This document shows, piece after piece, positions 10,411-18,742 of a DNA stretch of 64,000 bases (position 1 is its first letter; each line of letters begins with the position of its first letter). Origin of the DNA: an archaeon (lineage in GTDB: Archaea > Iainarchaeota > Iainarchaeia > Iainarchaeales > Iainarchaeaceae). The stretch spans positions 14,321-78,320 of the forward strand of contig DATDWP010000006.1 in NCBI GenBank assembly GCA_035289625.1. Direction: 5' to 3'. Below the pieces are notes generated by a model. The model saw only the letters and a list, made by a program, of their open reading frames with translations, ran no database searches and had not been told where the DNA came from. The translations under genes and the position numbers were made by a program.

Positions 10411-10908
10411 TTATGCCATGAGTACAAGCGCTACTGAAACAAAATTATACAGTAGGTGGGCAATAAAATTCGGAACAATCCTATTGCTCTTTTTGTATGC
10501 GAATGCTAAAATTGCCCCAAGTGCAAACGCGCCTATTACTTCTGCTAAAGATCCGTACCCAAAGTGCGCAAGCCCAAATGCAATGCTTGATACAGCAATT
10601 CCTATGCGTGGAACTAAAAATGCGCGAAAGAAAAACTCTTCCACAAATACCCTTACAACAAATAAGTAAATTAGTAATAGGGCCGGCAGTGATACGATTT
10701 CACGAATGGCCGTTTCCACCGGTTCAAAATCATTAATTTGGAAAAACCCAAATAAAAAAGAAAGTACGACAGAGAAGAGCAGCAGTGCTGAAAATATCTG
10801 TGTACTTAGAATAATATCAGATAGCGCATTTGTGCTCTTTAGCCCAAATTCTTGAGCGGTAAAATTTTTGCGCTCCACAAATTTTATGTATAGTAGTGGG
10901 ACGAGCAC
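10411..10908 (-). CDS. CPBP (CAAX protease/Abi) family intramembrane metalloprotease
   Basis: EEFFFRAFLVPR and GLAHFGYG motifs in a polytopic membrane protein. Confidence 0.6.
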   Translation of the reverse strand: MLVPLLYIKFVERKNFTAQEFGLKSTNALSDIILSTQIFSALLLFSVVLSFLFGFFQINDFEPVETAIREIVSLPALLLIYLFVVRVFVEEFFFRAFLVPRIGIAVSSIAFGLAHFGYGSLAEVIGAFALGAILAFAYKKSNRIVPNFIAHLLYNFVSVALVLMA

Positions 10909-10958
10909 AAGAAGGGCATCAATTAGAACGAAATAGAGTAGCTCTATAAAGAGCCCTC

Positions 10959-11150
10959 CTACTTAAACTCGGTGTAGCCGCATCTTCCGCAGTGCAATCT
11001 CTTCTCATGCACTGCCATAAATACTCCGGGACCGCATTTTGGGCAGTATTTTTTGCGAATAAGTTTTTCTCCCTCAATTTTATAGTATTCCCCTTTCTTC
11101 ATTTTTGCCGGGCCTTTTTTTTCAGCTGTTTTTGCTTGCTTTTCTGCCAT
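10959..11150 (-). CDS. rps27ae: ribosomal protein S27ae (eS31)
   Basis: C4 zinc ribbon [11 protein letters not shown]...CGRCGYTE, 63 aa. Confidence 0.8.
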   Translation of the reverse strand: MAEKQAKTAEKKGPAKMKKGEYYKIEGEKLIRKKYCPKCGPGVFMAVHEKRLHCGRCGYTEFK

Positions 11151-11162
11151 TTTTTCAACTCC

Positions 11163-11492
11163 TCATTTCTTGGGCACTGGTGCAGGTGCTTCTTCTGCCG
11201 GTTTTGCCTTTTCAGGGCGCCCAAAGTTGCGCTCAATTATAGGCTTTAATTCGGTTTTGCGAAGATCGGATTCGTTTTTGTAAACACGGCAAACCCCGCT
11301 AACTTCTGTTGTTCCATAGGATGTATTGTACACATCAACTACTAGGTTTTTTTCATCAGCACCTATCAGCGCTGCAATTTTTTCCCGTAGTTCTTTTCGT
11401 GAAGGTGTTGTAGTTGCTTCTTTTACTACAAATTGCGCTTCTTGTCTCCCAAAAAGTTTGTTTTCATGTTTTTGTGTTATATCAATTCTCAT
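11163..11492 (-). CDS. rps24e: ribosomal protein S24e (eS24)
   Basis: IDITQKHENKLFGRQEAQFVVKE...GTTEVSGVCRVY pattern. It sits beside S27ae as in other archaea. Confidence 0.8.
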   Translation of the reverse strand: MRIDITQKHENKLFGRQEAQFVVKEATTTPSRKELREKIAALIGADEKNLVVDVYNTSYGTTEVSGVCRVYKNESDLRKTELKPIIERNFGRPEKAKPAEEAPAPVPKK

Positions 11493-11496
11493 TTTT

Positions 11497-11694
11497 TCAC
11501 CTGCTAAGCCTTAGTGCGTACTTTCCTGCGCGTGTAATTCCCATCTTTTGTGCTATTTGTGATTGCTCAGGGTTCATTACAATTACATACCCTCTCCAAA
11601 ATGTTGTAAAGGAATTAGAGCCGCATACTGGGCAGACATCTCCACCTTCTTCAAGAACATACCTGCATGAACGGCAGGCTTTTTCCTGCTTCAT
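11497..11694 (-). CDS. spt4: transcription elongation factor Spt4 / RNAP subunit E''
   Basis: ACRSCRYVLEEGGDVCPVCGS...NPEQSQIAQKMGITRAGKYAL is the Spt4 zinc ribbon pattern. It overlaps rpoE' by 4 nt. Confidence 0.7.
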   Translation of the reverse strand: MKQEKACRSCRYVLEEGGDVCPVCGSNSFTTFWRGYVIVMNPEQSQIAQKMGITRAGKYALRLSR

Positions 11695-12302
11695 CTAGAT
11701 TCACCTCTATCCCTTGGCTTTTTCTCTTTCGGAGGCCTTTTATCGACCTTTTTGTCCTTCTCTTTTTCATTTATTTTTGCCCAATCAGGTTTTCCAAGCC
11801 CGGGCTGTCTCATTGTAAGGCCCACTTTGGAGCTTGAGATTGTGCCCTTGAGGCTCACTGTAACTATTCTTGCAAGCACAACATCTTTTACTATTAGTTT
11901 TTTGGATGTTTCTTTCCCGGAAAAACCAGGGAGCTTTGCATCATAGTTGATGTAATCGTCCATTATCTGGCTAACATGTATAAGGCCTTCAAGTGGCCCG
12001 GTTTTTAAGAACGCGCCGAATTCTGTTACATCGGAAACTTCGCCTTCTACTAACTCTTGTATTTTTGGCTTGTAGGTTATCATTTCAATATCCGATTCAT
12101 AATATGCAGCTCCATCACCCGGAACAATTTTTCCATCGCCAACATTTCCAACTGCAGTGACGCACACAACAACCCCGGTATCTTCATCTAATACTCCTTC
12201 ATAGGCCTGCCTTGCCTGCTTTAAAAGCGTCCCGTTTAGTTCGGTCCCAATCTCTGCCGGCGGCACCCGCACAGTATCCCTTACTACATATTTGACATAC
12301 AT
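11691..12302 (-). CDS. rpoE: DNA-directed RNA polymerase subunit E' (Rpb7 homolog, S1 domain)
   Basis: MYVKYVVRDTVRVPPAEIG N-terminus plus an S1-like C-terminus. Confidence 0.8.
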   Translation of the reverse strand: MYVKYVVRDTVRVPPAEIGTELNGTLLKQARQAYEGVLDEDTGVVVCVTAVGNVGDGKIVPGDGAAYYESDIEMITYKPKIQELVEGEVSDVTEFGAFLKTGPLEGLIHVSQIMDDYINYDAKLPGFSGKETSKKLIVKDVVLARIVTVSLKGTISSSKVGLTMRQPGLGKPDWAKINEKEKDKKVDKRPPKEKKPRDRGESR

Positions 12303-12319
12303 TCTTTCTCACCATCCTT

Positions 12320-12778
12320 TTAAGAGAGCTCCAAAAATTTTCTCTGCCTTAAGTACAATACCTTACCATTCAATTCCCTAACAGACTCTTTTAATTCCTT
12401 ATCATTGGTCGCAATTAACGCCTGCGGCACAAGGCTCAAAAGGGCCGCATCGGCATTCGGGGCATCAATTTGCACGATTTTTACCCTATTTTTGCCAATT
12501 ACTTCCATTGCAATTGCCGCTTCTTTTTTTAATTTTGCGCCCCTTTTTGCAAGCCCTTCCAGTTCAGCTATAACCTGCGAAGGAATGACAAATTCAACTG
12601 CTCCAAACATCTCTTTTGCTTTAGCAAAAACATCAACTTTAAACCTTGCAATATTTAGAAGGGTATTGGTATCAATTGCAACAACAACATTGCGACTACT
12701 AATTGCAAATGTATCATCTAAATTCCCAACCATAAAACTTACTGCTCCGTTGCCAAAAAATGATTTTGTAGAGTTCAT
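12320..12778 (-). CDS. PIN-domain protein (Fcf1-like, conserved neighbour of aIF2gamma)
   Basis: VVVAIDTNTLL PIN N-terminus. The ORF track extends to 12916, but that extension only translates the tandem intergenic motif, so the true start is taken as ATG 12778 (MNSTKSFF...). Confidence 0.6.
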   Translation of the reverse strand: MNSTKSFFGNGAVSFMVGNLDDTFAISSRNVVVAIDTNTLLNIARFKVDVFAKAKEMFGAVEFVIPSQVIAELEGLAKRGAKLKKEAAIAMEVIGKNRVKIVQIDAPNADAALLSLVPQALIATNDKELKESVRELNGKVLYLRQRKFLELS

Positions 12779-12806
12779 TTTGCCACCCAATATGCGCGCA
12801 ATCTCC

Positions 12807-12903
12807 ACCCCAACAGTTTCGTCTGTTGGGTACGATGCACCATCCTTGTGGATGGGGATTGCTTCGCATCCAAAAACACTTTCGTTTGTTGGGTACGATG
12901 CAC
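12807..12903 (-). repeat. family-2 leader motif, two tandem copies upstream of the PIN gene (aIF2gamma-PIN spacer)
   Basis: mRNA-sense GUGCAUCGUACCCAACAGACGAAACUGUUGGGG (12840..12807) and GUGCAUCGUACCCAACAAACGAAAGUGUUUUUGG (12903..12871). The first forms the perfect hairpin CCCAACAG-acgaaa-CUGUUGGG. Confidence 0.5.
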
Positions 12904-12925
12904 TGTGCTGATGCACAGGGCGTAC

Positions 12926-14302
12926 TTATTTGCACACGCCATATGCCCTCAACCTCCACCCGCTCTGCTCCCTTTTGCTAATAGCAACTTTTTGTCCTTT
13001 TTCAATAGTTGCCGGGCTTTTTAACTTTATTTCAAATTCATCTTTTCCAGACTGCCGTGCAAGCTGGCCAACTGATGTTGCTGTCCCTATTGCAAGTGCA
13101 ACAAAATCATTCACCTTCCATTCTATGCCCCTTTTGTCCTTCTCTCCAATCCTATCAATTTGTGTGAACTGCAATTTTATTTCGCTCACAGGTTTTGGAA
13201 GAGAACCTTGGGTTGAAACAACCTGCCCGCGCATTTCATCATTTTTTGTAAAAAAAGGATCAAGAGTTGTGCCAACCGCAATAAGTCCCCCGGCAGATAC
13301 CTCTTTTAAAAATCCGCCTTCAACCCCAAGGCTCACCACTTTTGTTTGTATTGGTTTGCCGTTTATCCCCGGAGAAATTTCTATATTGTCCCCGACTTTT
13401 AAAATCCCTGAAATTATGCTCCCGCCAATAACTCCGCCTTTAATGTTTTCAGGTTTTGACCCGGGTTTATTTATATCAAAACTTCTAACAACAAACATTC
13501 GCAAATCTTTTGAATTAGCGCGCAGAGGCGTTGGAATATTTTGCTCAATTGCCTCAATCAGAAGATCAATATTAACTCCCATGTTAGCCGAGATTGGAAT
13601 TATGGGCGCTTTTTCATAGCCGTATTGTTTTAGGAATGCAATTATTTCATCATGGCTCTCTTTTGCCCTTTTTGAATCAACAAGGTCTATTTTGTTTTGC
13701 GCGACAACAAGATTTTTTATTCCTCCAATTGAAAGTGCCATCAAATGCTCCTCTGTACTTGGCTGTGGGCATTTTTCATTTGCAGCAACAACTAGTACAG
13801 CTCCATCCATTAGCGCTGCTCCCGAGAGCATTGTTGCCATCAGTGTTTCGTGCCCCGGAGAATCTACAAAAGAGACCCTGCGCAGAGCAATAGCTCTGCT
13901 CGAGGCTTCGCACTTTCCTGTTGCGTTATATCCTTCAGACCCTTTAGTGCCTTCACATTTGTAGAACGTAGTGTCGGCATAGCCAAGCCTTATTGAAATC
14001 CCCTTTTTTATTTCCTCACTATGGGTGTCAGCCCACTTGCCAGTTAGGGCTTGAACCAAACTCGTTTTTCCATGGTCAACGTGCCCTATGGTCCCGATAT
14101 TAACCTGTGCTTGCGTTACGCTTTTCGAGCTAGTTTGCTTCTCGCTTATTTCTATTTTGGAAATTGCTGAAATAGTCTGCGCTGCTGCGCTAGCCTGATC
14201 GCTAGATAGGTCCTCTTGTGGCCTTTCTTTTTCGCGCGGCTTTTTTTGCACTTTTTGCTTTACATCCTTTTTCATACAATTCCCCTTTTTATTTACGTCC
14301 AA
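12926..14302 (-). CDS. eif2g: translation initiation factor aIF2 gamma
   Basis: G1 motif GTIGHVDHGKTSL, zinc knuckle and EF-Tu-like domains, with a Lys-rich N-terminal extension. Confidence 0.9.
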   Translation of the reverse strand: MDVNKKGNCMKKDVKQKVQKKPREKERPQEDLSSDQASAAAQTISAISKIEISEKQTSSKSVTQAQVNIGTIGHVDHGKTSLVQALTGKWADTHSEEIKKGISIRLGYADTTFYKCEGTKGSEGYNATGKCEASSRAIALRRVSFVDSPGHETLMATMLSGAALMDGAVLVVAANEKCPQPSTEEHLMALSIGGIKNLVVAQNKIDLVDSKRAKESHDEIIAFLKQYGYEKAPIIPISANMGVNIDLLIEAIEQNIPTPLRANSKDLRMFVVRSFDINKPGSKPENIKGGVIGGSIISGILKVGDNIEISPGINGKPIQTKVVSLGVEGGFLKEVSAGGLIAVGTTLDPFFTKNDEMRGQVVSTQGSLPKPVSEIKLQFTQIDRIGEKDKRGIEWKVNDFVALAIGTATSVGQLARQSGKDEFEIKLKSPATIEKGQKVAISKREQSGWRLRAYGVCK

Positions 14303-14764
14303 TTATTTGTGCTTTTTTATGTCCTTTGCATCCTCTGCCGAGATCTTTCCTACATTTTCAAGGGACTCTTTTACCATCTGGTCCTTAATTGAAGTTTCCT
14401 CTTTCTTCTCCTTGTTAGAGCCCAGAATTTCCTCGAGCTTTTTTGAACCTTCCTTTGTAATTTTTAGGTTCAGTTGCGCGATCTCATCGCTAACAGTGTT
14501 TCCCCTTCTTGCAGTTTTCTCCCTTCTTCCTTTTTTTACATCAATGGTGATGTATACTTCCTTTCTATTCATTCCTGCAAGGTTTGATCTCATTGGAAAT
14601 CCCTGCTTATCCGAGCCTCCTGTTATCTGTGCGCTATATCCATCAAGGCCTATTAGGCCAAGTTCAACTTGCTCCCCTATTTTTTTTCCGATGAAAATCT
14701 GGGGACTATCAATTTTCTTGGAATATGCCTTTCTTGTTTTTGGATCCGACACCACTATATTCAT
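14303..14764 (-). CDS. rps6e: ribosomal protein S6e (eS6)
   Basis: MNIVVSDPKTRKAYSKKIDSPQIFIGKKIGEQV...GFPMR matches S6e. Confidence 0.85.
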   Translation of the reverse strand: MNIVVSDPKTRKAYSKKIDSPQIFIGKKIGEQVELGLIGLDGYSAQITGGSDKQGFPMRSNLAGMNRKEVYITIDVKKGRREKTARRGNTVSDEIAQLNLKITKEGSKKLEEILGSNKEKKEETSIKDQMVKESLENVGKISAEDAKDIKKHK

Positions 14765-14782
14765 ATTTCAACCTCCTAAATA

Positions 14783-16525
14783 TCACGCCTGGGCCCTTTG
14801 GGCTTCCATTTTTTTAATTTGCTCAATTAGTTCTATTTCCCCTCTTGAAAATTCAGCTTCAAGTTCGCCTAATTTTGTAAAATGCTTCTCGGGTATGTAG
14901 CTGTAGAGATTTTCATTTTCAAAAATATCCTTATCAACAACTGCCCCTTCAATTGAAACTGCAACCTCATCGCCTTTTGCTGCAACCTCAATGCTCTTTC
15001 CCTCCCGCTGCAACCCTAATACCCTTCCAATAACAGTTGCATTCTCTTTCATAACTTCAACACCTTTTCTGATTTTTCCCTCTTCAATTCTAACTCCTAC
15101 AATTGCAGGGCCGCTGTGCCTGAAAACAAATCCTGAGAGGATTGTAAATTTTGCAGGCATCACAACATTTGAGAGAAGCTCTTTTTTTCCGGCTTCTTTT
15201 TGCTGCAACATCCACTTCTCATATTCTTCTAAAAGCCTGTATACAACATCATTTTGGAAAATTTTCACATTCCTCTTCTGCGCTTCAATTGCTGCTGCCT
15301 CGCTAACCTGCGTGTGGAATGCAAATATCACTCCTTTGAAGCGGTCCTTTTGCGAAACCGATTCTATTTCAAGCACATCCTTTCTTGGGATCTCGCCAAT
15401 ATCCGCTTTTTTTATTTTTATTCCCCTATCCTGCAAGAGCTTGACAATTGCTTCAAGGCTGCCAAGTGTATTGCTCCTGACAATAGGGCCAATTGAATCA
15501 GATTCAATTTTTATTCTCTGTATTTCCTCGCCGATTTCCTTTTCTGCTGCTACCGAGTAGTGCCTTATCGGAGATCCGCTTATTGCATCATCAAGATTTG
15601 GAGCTGCAATTTTTACACCTGCTGCAGCGTGCACTTTTTGCACCGCACGGAATTTTTCAGATCCGCTCTCCCCTGCCGCCTTTGGTTCTAGTAGAGCCCT
15701 AACTTTTGTTTTTATTACTCCGTTTTTTGAACCCACTACAATTTCCTCGCCAACAGAGAGCATTCCGTCATATAATATCACATCAATTGTTGTTCCAAGC
15801 CCTCGTTCTTCGCGAACTTCCAGAACAGTGCCCCTGCACGCCCCTGATTCGTGCACTTCGAGTTTTTTCTCCAAATATTTTTGTGAAAGCGCTGCAAGAA
15901 ACATCAAAAGCTCAGGAATTCCCACTTTCATTTTTGCAGAAATCGGGACTATTGCAACCTCTTTTGTAAAATCCTTTACCCGATCAAATCTCTCGCTTGC
16001 AAATCCTTTTGTGTGCAGCTCTCCAATAAGCTTGTATATTTTTGTCTCAAGTTCGAGTTGCACATCCTCGCGCTGGTTTGGAAGAGAATCCGAAATTGCG
16101 CCTTCAACAACATTCCAGCCCTTTATCGTGTCGATTTTATTTGCAGCAACAATAAAGGGGCACTTGTAGCTCTTTAAAATCTCCATCGCTTCAAGGGTTT
16201 GCTCTTCAAGGCCTTTGTGAATATCAACTACCAAAACAGCTAGATCAGCAATACTTCCGCCGCGCTTTCGAAGGTTTGTAAATGCTTCATGCCCGGGGGT
16301 ATCAATGAATAAAAGCCCCGGGATTTGGATTGAAAATTTGTATTTTTCTATAATTTTCCCCGAAAGTTTTTTTATTAGCGCAATTGGCACTTCACTAGCC
16401 CCGATGTGCTGCGTGATGCCTCCCGCCTCCTTATCGGTTAGAGCCGTGCCCCTGATTGAATCAAGCAGCCTTGATTTTCCGCTATCAACATGCCCAAGAA
16501 CAGTGATTATTGGTTTTCGTATCAA
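14783..16525 (-). CDS. infB: translation initiation factor aIF5B (IF2 family)
   Basis: IITVLGHVDSGKSRLLD G1 motif and DTPGHEAF, 580 aa. Confidence 0.9.
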   Translation of the reverse strand: MIRKPIITVLGHVDSGKSRLLDSIRGTALTDKEAGGITQHIGASEVPIALIKKLSGKIIEKYKFSIQIPGLLFIDTPGHEAFTNLRKRGGSIADLAVLVVDIHKGLEEQTLEAMEILKSYKCPFIVAANKIDTIKGWNVVEGAISDSLPNQREDVQLELETKIYKLIGELHTKGFASERFDRVKDFTKEVAIVPISAKMKVGIPELLMFLAALSQKYLEKKLEVHESGACRGTVLEVREERGLGTTIDVILYDGMLSVGEEIVVGSKNGVIKTKVRALLEPKAAGESGSEKFRAVQKVHAAAGVKIAAPNLDDAISGSPIRHYSVAAEKEIGEEIQRIKIESDSIGPIVRSNTLGSLEAIVKLLQDRGIKIKKADIGEIPRKDVLEIESVSQKDRFKGVIFAFHTQVSEAAAIEAQKRNVKIFQNDVVYRLLEEYEKWMLQQKEAGKKELLSNVVMPAKFTILSGFVFRHSGPAIVGVRIEEGKIRKGVEVMKENATVIGRVLGLQREGKSIEVAAKGDEVAVSIEGAVVDKDIFENENLYSYIPEKHFTKLGELEAEFSRGEIELIEQIKKMEAQRAQA

Positions 16526-16537
16526 ATCGCGTTCACC

Positions 16538-16966
16538 TCAAAGACCTGTTGAACCAAACCCGCCACTGCCACGCGAGCTTGCTTCAAGTTCTTGCGCCTC
16601 AATAATTTGGGGCTTTTCGATTTTATTGAACACTACTTGAGCGATTTTTTTCCCCTTTTCAATTTTATATTCCTTCTCGCCCAAATTAATTACAATTACT
16701 TTCACTTCTCCCCTATACCCCGCATCAATTGTTCCTGGAGTATTTAGAAGCGTGATCCCATCATTTATTGCAAGCCCGCTCTTTGGCCTAACTTGCGCTT
16801 CATATCCGCTCTCAAATGAGATGCTAATCCCCGTGCCAATAAGTTTTCTTTGCATCGGAAGAAGGGTTGCATCTTCATTGCTATAAAGGTCAAAGCCTGC
16901 ATCGCCTTCATGCTCAATTTTTGGTATTTTGGCTTGAGGGACTAGACGCTTGACCTTTACAATCAT
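16538..16966 (-). CDS. dut: dUTP diphosphatase (dUTPase/dCTP deaminase family)
   Basis: C-terminal motif V RGSGGFGSTG, 142 aa. Confidence 0.75.
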   Translation of the reverse strand: MIVKVKRLVPQAKIPKIEHEGDAGFDLYSNEDATLLPMQRKLIGTGISISFESGYEAQVRPKSGLAINDGITLLNTPGTIDAGYRGEVKVIVINLGEKEYKIEKGKKIAQVVFNKIEKPQIIEAQELEASSRGSGGFGSTGL

Positions 16967-16974
16967 TGATACAC

Positions 16975-17448
16975 CTACTTTTTTTCGCTAGCAGAATAGA
17001 CCATGTCACTGTCAACTTTTGTATATTCATGCAATTCAGAATCTTTGAAAAATCTCTTGATTTCCTTTTGTGCGGCCTGGGCACTATCTGATGCGTGTAT
17101 TATCGTATTTTGGATGCTTAGTGAAAAATCCCCGCGAATTGTTCCCGGCAGCGCTTCAGTGCCCTCGGTTACCCCTGCGAGTTTTCTTACAACATCAACA
17201 ACTTTTCTTCCCTCAAGCACCATGAGAATACTTGGGGCGGTTTTCATGAACTCGCGAATGCTTGGAAAAAACGGCTTTCCCACAAGATGCGCGTAGTGGT
17301 CTTCGAGGATTTTATCCGAAAGGTGCTCCATTTTCATTCCCACTATCTTTATTCCCTTGCGCTCAAACCTGTGCACGACTTCGCCCACAAGCCCTCTATT
17401 TATCGCATCCGGTTTTACAATGATTAGTGTTCTTTCCATTTTGTCCAC
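16975..17448 (-). CDS. ndk: nucleoside diphosphate kinase
   Basis: ERTLIIVKPDAINRGLVGEVVHRFERKG and NTIIHASDS (active-site His) are NDK hallmarks. Confidence 0.9.
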   Translation of the reverse strand: MDKMERTLIIVKPDAINRGLVGEVVHRFERKGIKIVGMKMEHLSDKILEDHYAHLVGKPFFPSIREFMKTAPSILMVLEGRKVVDVVRKLAGVTEGTEALPGTIRGDFSLSIQNTIIHASDSAQAAQKEIKRFFKDSELHEYTKVDSDMVYSASEKK

Positions 17449-17449
17449 C

Positions 17450-17683
17450 TCATGCCTTCTTTTCCTTTGCTTTTTTTAACTGTGCCTCTTTTGATTTTGC
17501 TTTAATTTCTTTTTCCTTGTGGTAAAAATCCGTCCACTTGGTTTCGGTTGGGTTTCTACCTAATTTCAAAAAATTCTTCTCGGATTTTTTGCTAGCAAAC
17601 CAGTAGACCGTGCCGTCCTTTTTTACATACATAAGGCCCCTACCACGTTCTATTGGTTTTCCTGTAAATGAATCCATTGGCAT
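17450..17683 (-). CDS. rpl24e: ribosomal protein L24e (eL24)
   Basis: MPMDSFTGKPIERGRGLMYVKKDGTVYWFASKKSEKNF matches L24e. The ATG at 17683 is preferred over the TTG start in the ORF track. Confidence 0.8.
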   Translation of the reverse strand: MPMDSFTGKPIERGRGLMYVKKDGTVYWFASKKSEKNFLKLGRNPTETKWTDFYHKEKEIKAKSKEAQLKKAKEKKA

Positions 17684-17686
17684 CAA

Positions 17687-17798
17687 CGGACACCTCCGTT
17701 GACGAGGTGTTCTATCTTCGCTGCTGCTCGATAGAACTTGCTCACTTCGTTCGCAACATCTAATATCCTATCCATATGCTCACCTCGATTTTACGCCC
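17687..17798 (-). promoter_or_regulatory. family-1 conserved intergenic element, copy A (S28e-L24e spacer)
   Basis: mRNA-sense ...GAUGUUGCGAACGAAGUGAGCAAGU-UCUAUCgagcagcagcgaaGAUAGAA-CACCUCGUCAACGGAGGUGUCCGUUGAUG. The 5' box and the 3' SD-sequestering hairpin (CAACGG-AGGUGU-CCGUUG) are shared with copies B, C and D. Confidence 0.5.
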
Positions 17799-18005
17799 TT
17801 ATTTTGCGCGTATCTCTTTTGCTTCCCTCTCTGTTGAGAGCAGAACAATTACATCTCCCTTTTTGCAATTTCCCTTAATATTTCTCCTCTTTACCCTTCC
17901 GGCTTCCGGGCCTTCGAGGATTTTACAAAGGACCTGCACGATCTCTCCGTACACTCCTGTTCTTCCTAAAATTTCAACAACTTCAGCAGGCGTTCCTCGT
18001 TCCAT
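17799..18005 (-). CDS. rps28e: ribosomal protein S28e (eS28)
   Basis: AEVVEILGRTGVYGEIVQVLCKILEGPEAGRVKRRNIKG matches S28e. Confidence 0.8.
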   Translation of the reverse strand: MERGTPAEVVEILGRTGVYGEIVQVLCKILEGPEAGRVKRRNIKGNCKKGDVIVLLSTEREAKEIRAK

Positions 18006-18008
18006 CAA

Positions 18009-18146
18009 CGGACACCTCCGTCCGAGCTGCTCTTCGGAAAGGAGCGGTGACCTTCGGTCAGCCTTGCTATGCTGATCAGGTGTACGGCCTGCGGTCCTAC
18101 TTGCTCACTGCGTTCGCATTTTGCATTCATTCAAACACCTCAAGGC
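18009..18146 (-). promoter_or_regulatory. family-1 conserved intergenic element, copy B (L7Ae-S28e spacer)
   Basis: Contains AUGCGAACGCAGUGAGCAAGU and ...GGACGGAGGUGUCCGUUGAUG. The 19 nt before the S28e ATG are identical to copy A. Confidence 0.5.
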
Positions 18147-18512
18147 TCACTTTGCAATTTCCTGCAATTTTTTGGTAAAATCCGAAAAGTCCTTTTTCGT
18201 ATCTCCCTCATCTAGTATTGCAATTGCCGCAGTCCCGATCTCGATACCAACGTATTGGCCTAGGCCTTTTTTTGTTGAGACATAGCTAACCGGGATATTT
18301 TTTTCCTTACAAATTAGAGGCAAGTGCATTACAATTTCAGCTGGGCTAACATCCTCTGCAATCACTATTAATTTTGCAGTGCCCCTCTCTGCTGCCTTTG
18401 TAGCTTCATTAGCTCCAACCCTTACCTTTCCTGTTTTTTTTATCTTTTCAAGAAGCGATGCCTGCTTTGCGCGTAGCTCTTCAGGAACGCTAAATCTTAT
18501 GTATTCTGCCAT
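18147..18512 (-). CDS. rpl7ae: ribosomal protein L7Ae (K-turn binding)
   Basis: VRVGANEATKAAERGTAKLIVIAEDVSP matches L7Ae. The ATG at 18512 is preferred because GGAGGTG lies 7 nt upstream. Confidence 0.85.
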   Translation of the reverse strand: MAEYIRFSVPEELRAKQASLLEKIKKTGKVRVGANEATKAAERGTAKLIVIAEDVSPAEIVMHLPLICKEKNIPVSYVSTKKGLGQYVGIEIGTAAIAILDEGDTKKDFSDFTKKLQEIAK

Positions 18513-18527
18513 TTGCAACACCTCCTA

Positions 18528-18552
18528 TGATGGATTGCCATCAAGTCATCGG
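18528..18552 (-). promoter_or_regulatory. L7Ae 5' leader hairpin with GAUGA-type boxes
   Basis: mRNA-sense CCGAUGAC-UUGAUGG-CAAU-CCAUCA-UAGGAGGUG, immediately upstream of the L7Ae start. Confidence 0.3.
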
Positions 18553-18742
18553 CAAAATAAGAATATATACAATAAAAGTCCCCTGAAAGGGTTTATAATC
18601 CTTAAGGGGCTCCACAGCCGCTTATTATGTAGAACTCATTTGTATAAATTGAGGGGCTAATTGGATTGGTGAGGCGAATAATCCTATTTTTTCCCTCGCA
18701 GACCAATTTATTAAAATTTAAGTAGCAAATATAATTGATAAA

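Noticed and set aside
12779-12916. N-terminal 46-aa extension of the PIN-domain ORF with repeated peptide ASYPTNESV/ASYPTDETV
   Set aside because: The peptide repeat is produced by translating two tandem copies of a conserved non-coding motif that also occurs in non-coding spacers at 23121 and 27084. The internal ATG at 12778 gives a normal PIN protein.
17535-17560. Additional copy of the family-2 motif (TTTCGGTTGGGTTTC) inside L24e
   Set aside because: It lies within well-supported coding sequence (encoding GRNPTETKW of L24e) and matches only the short core, so it is probably chance similarity.
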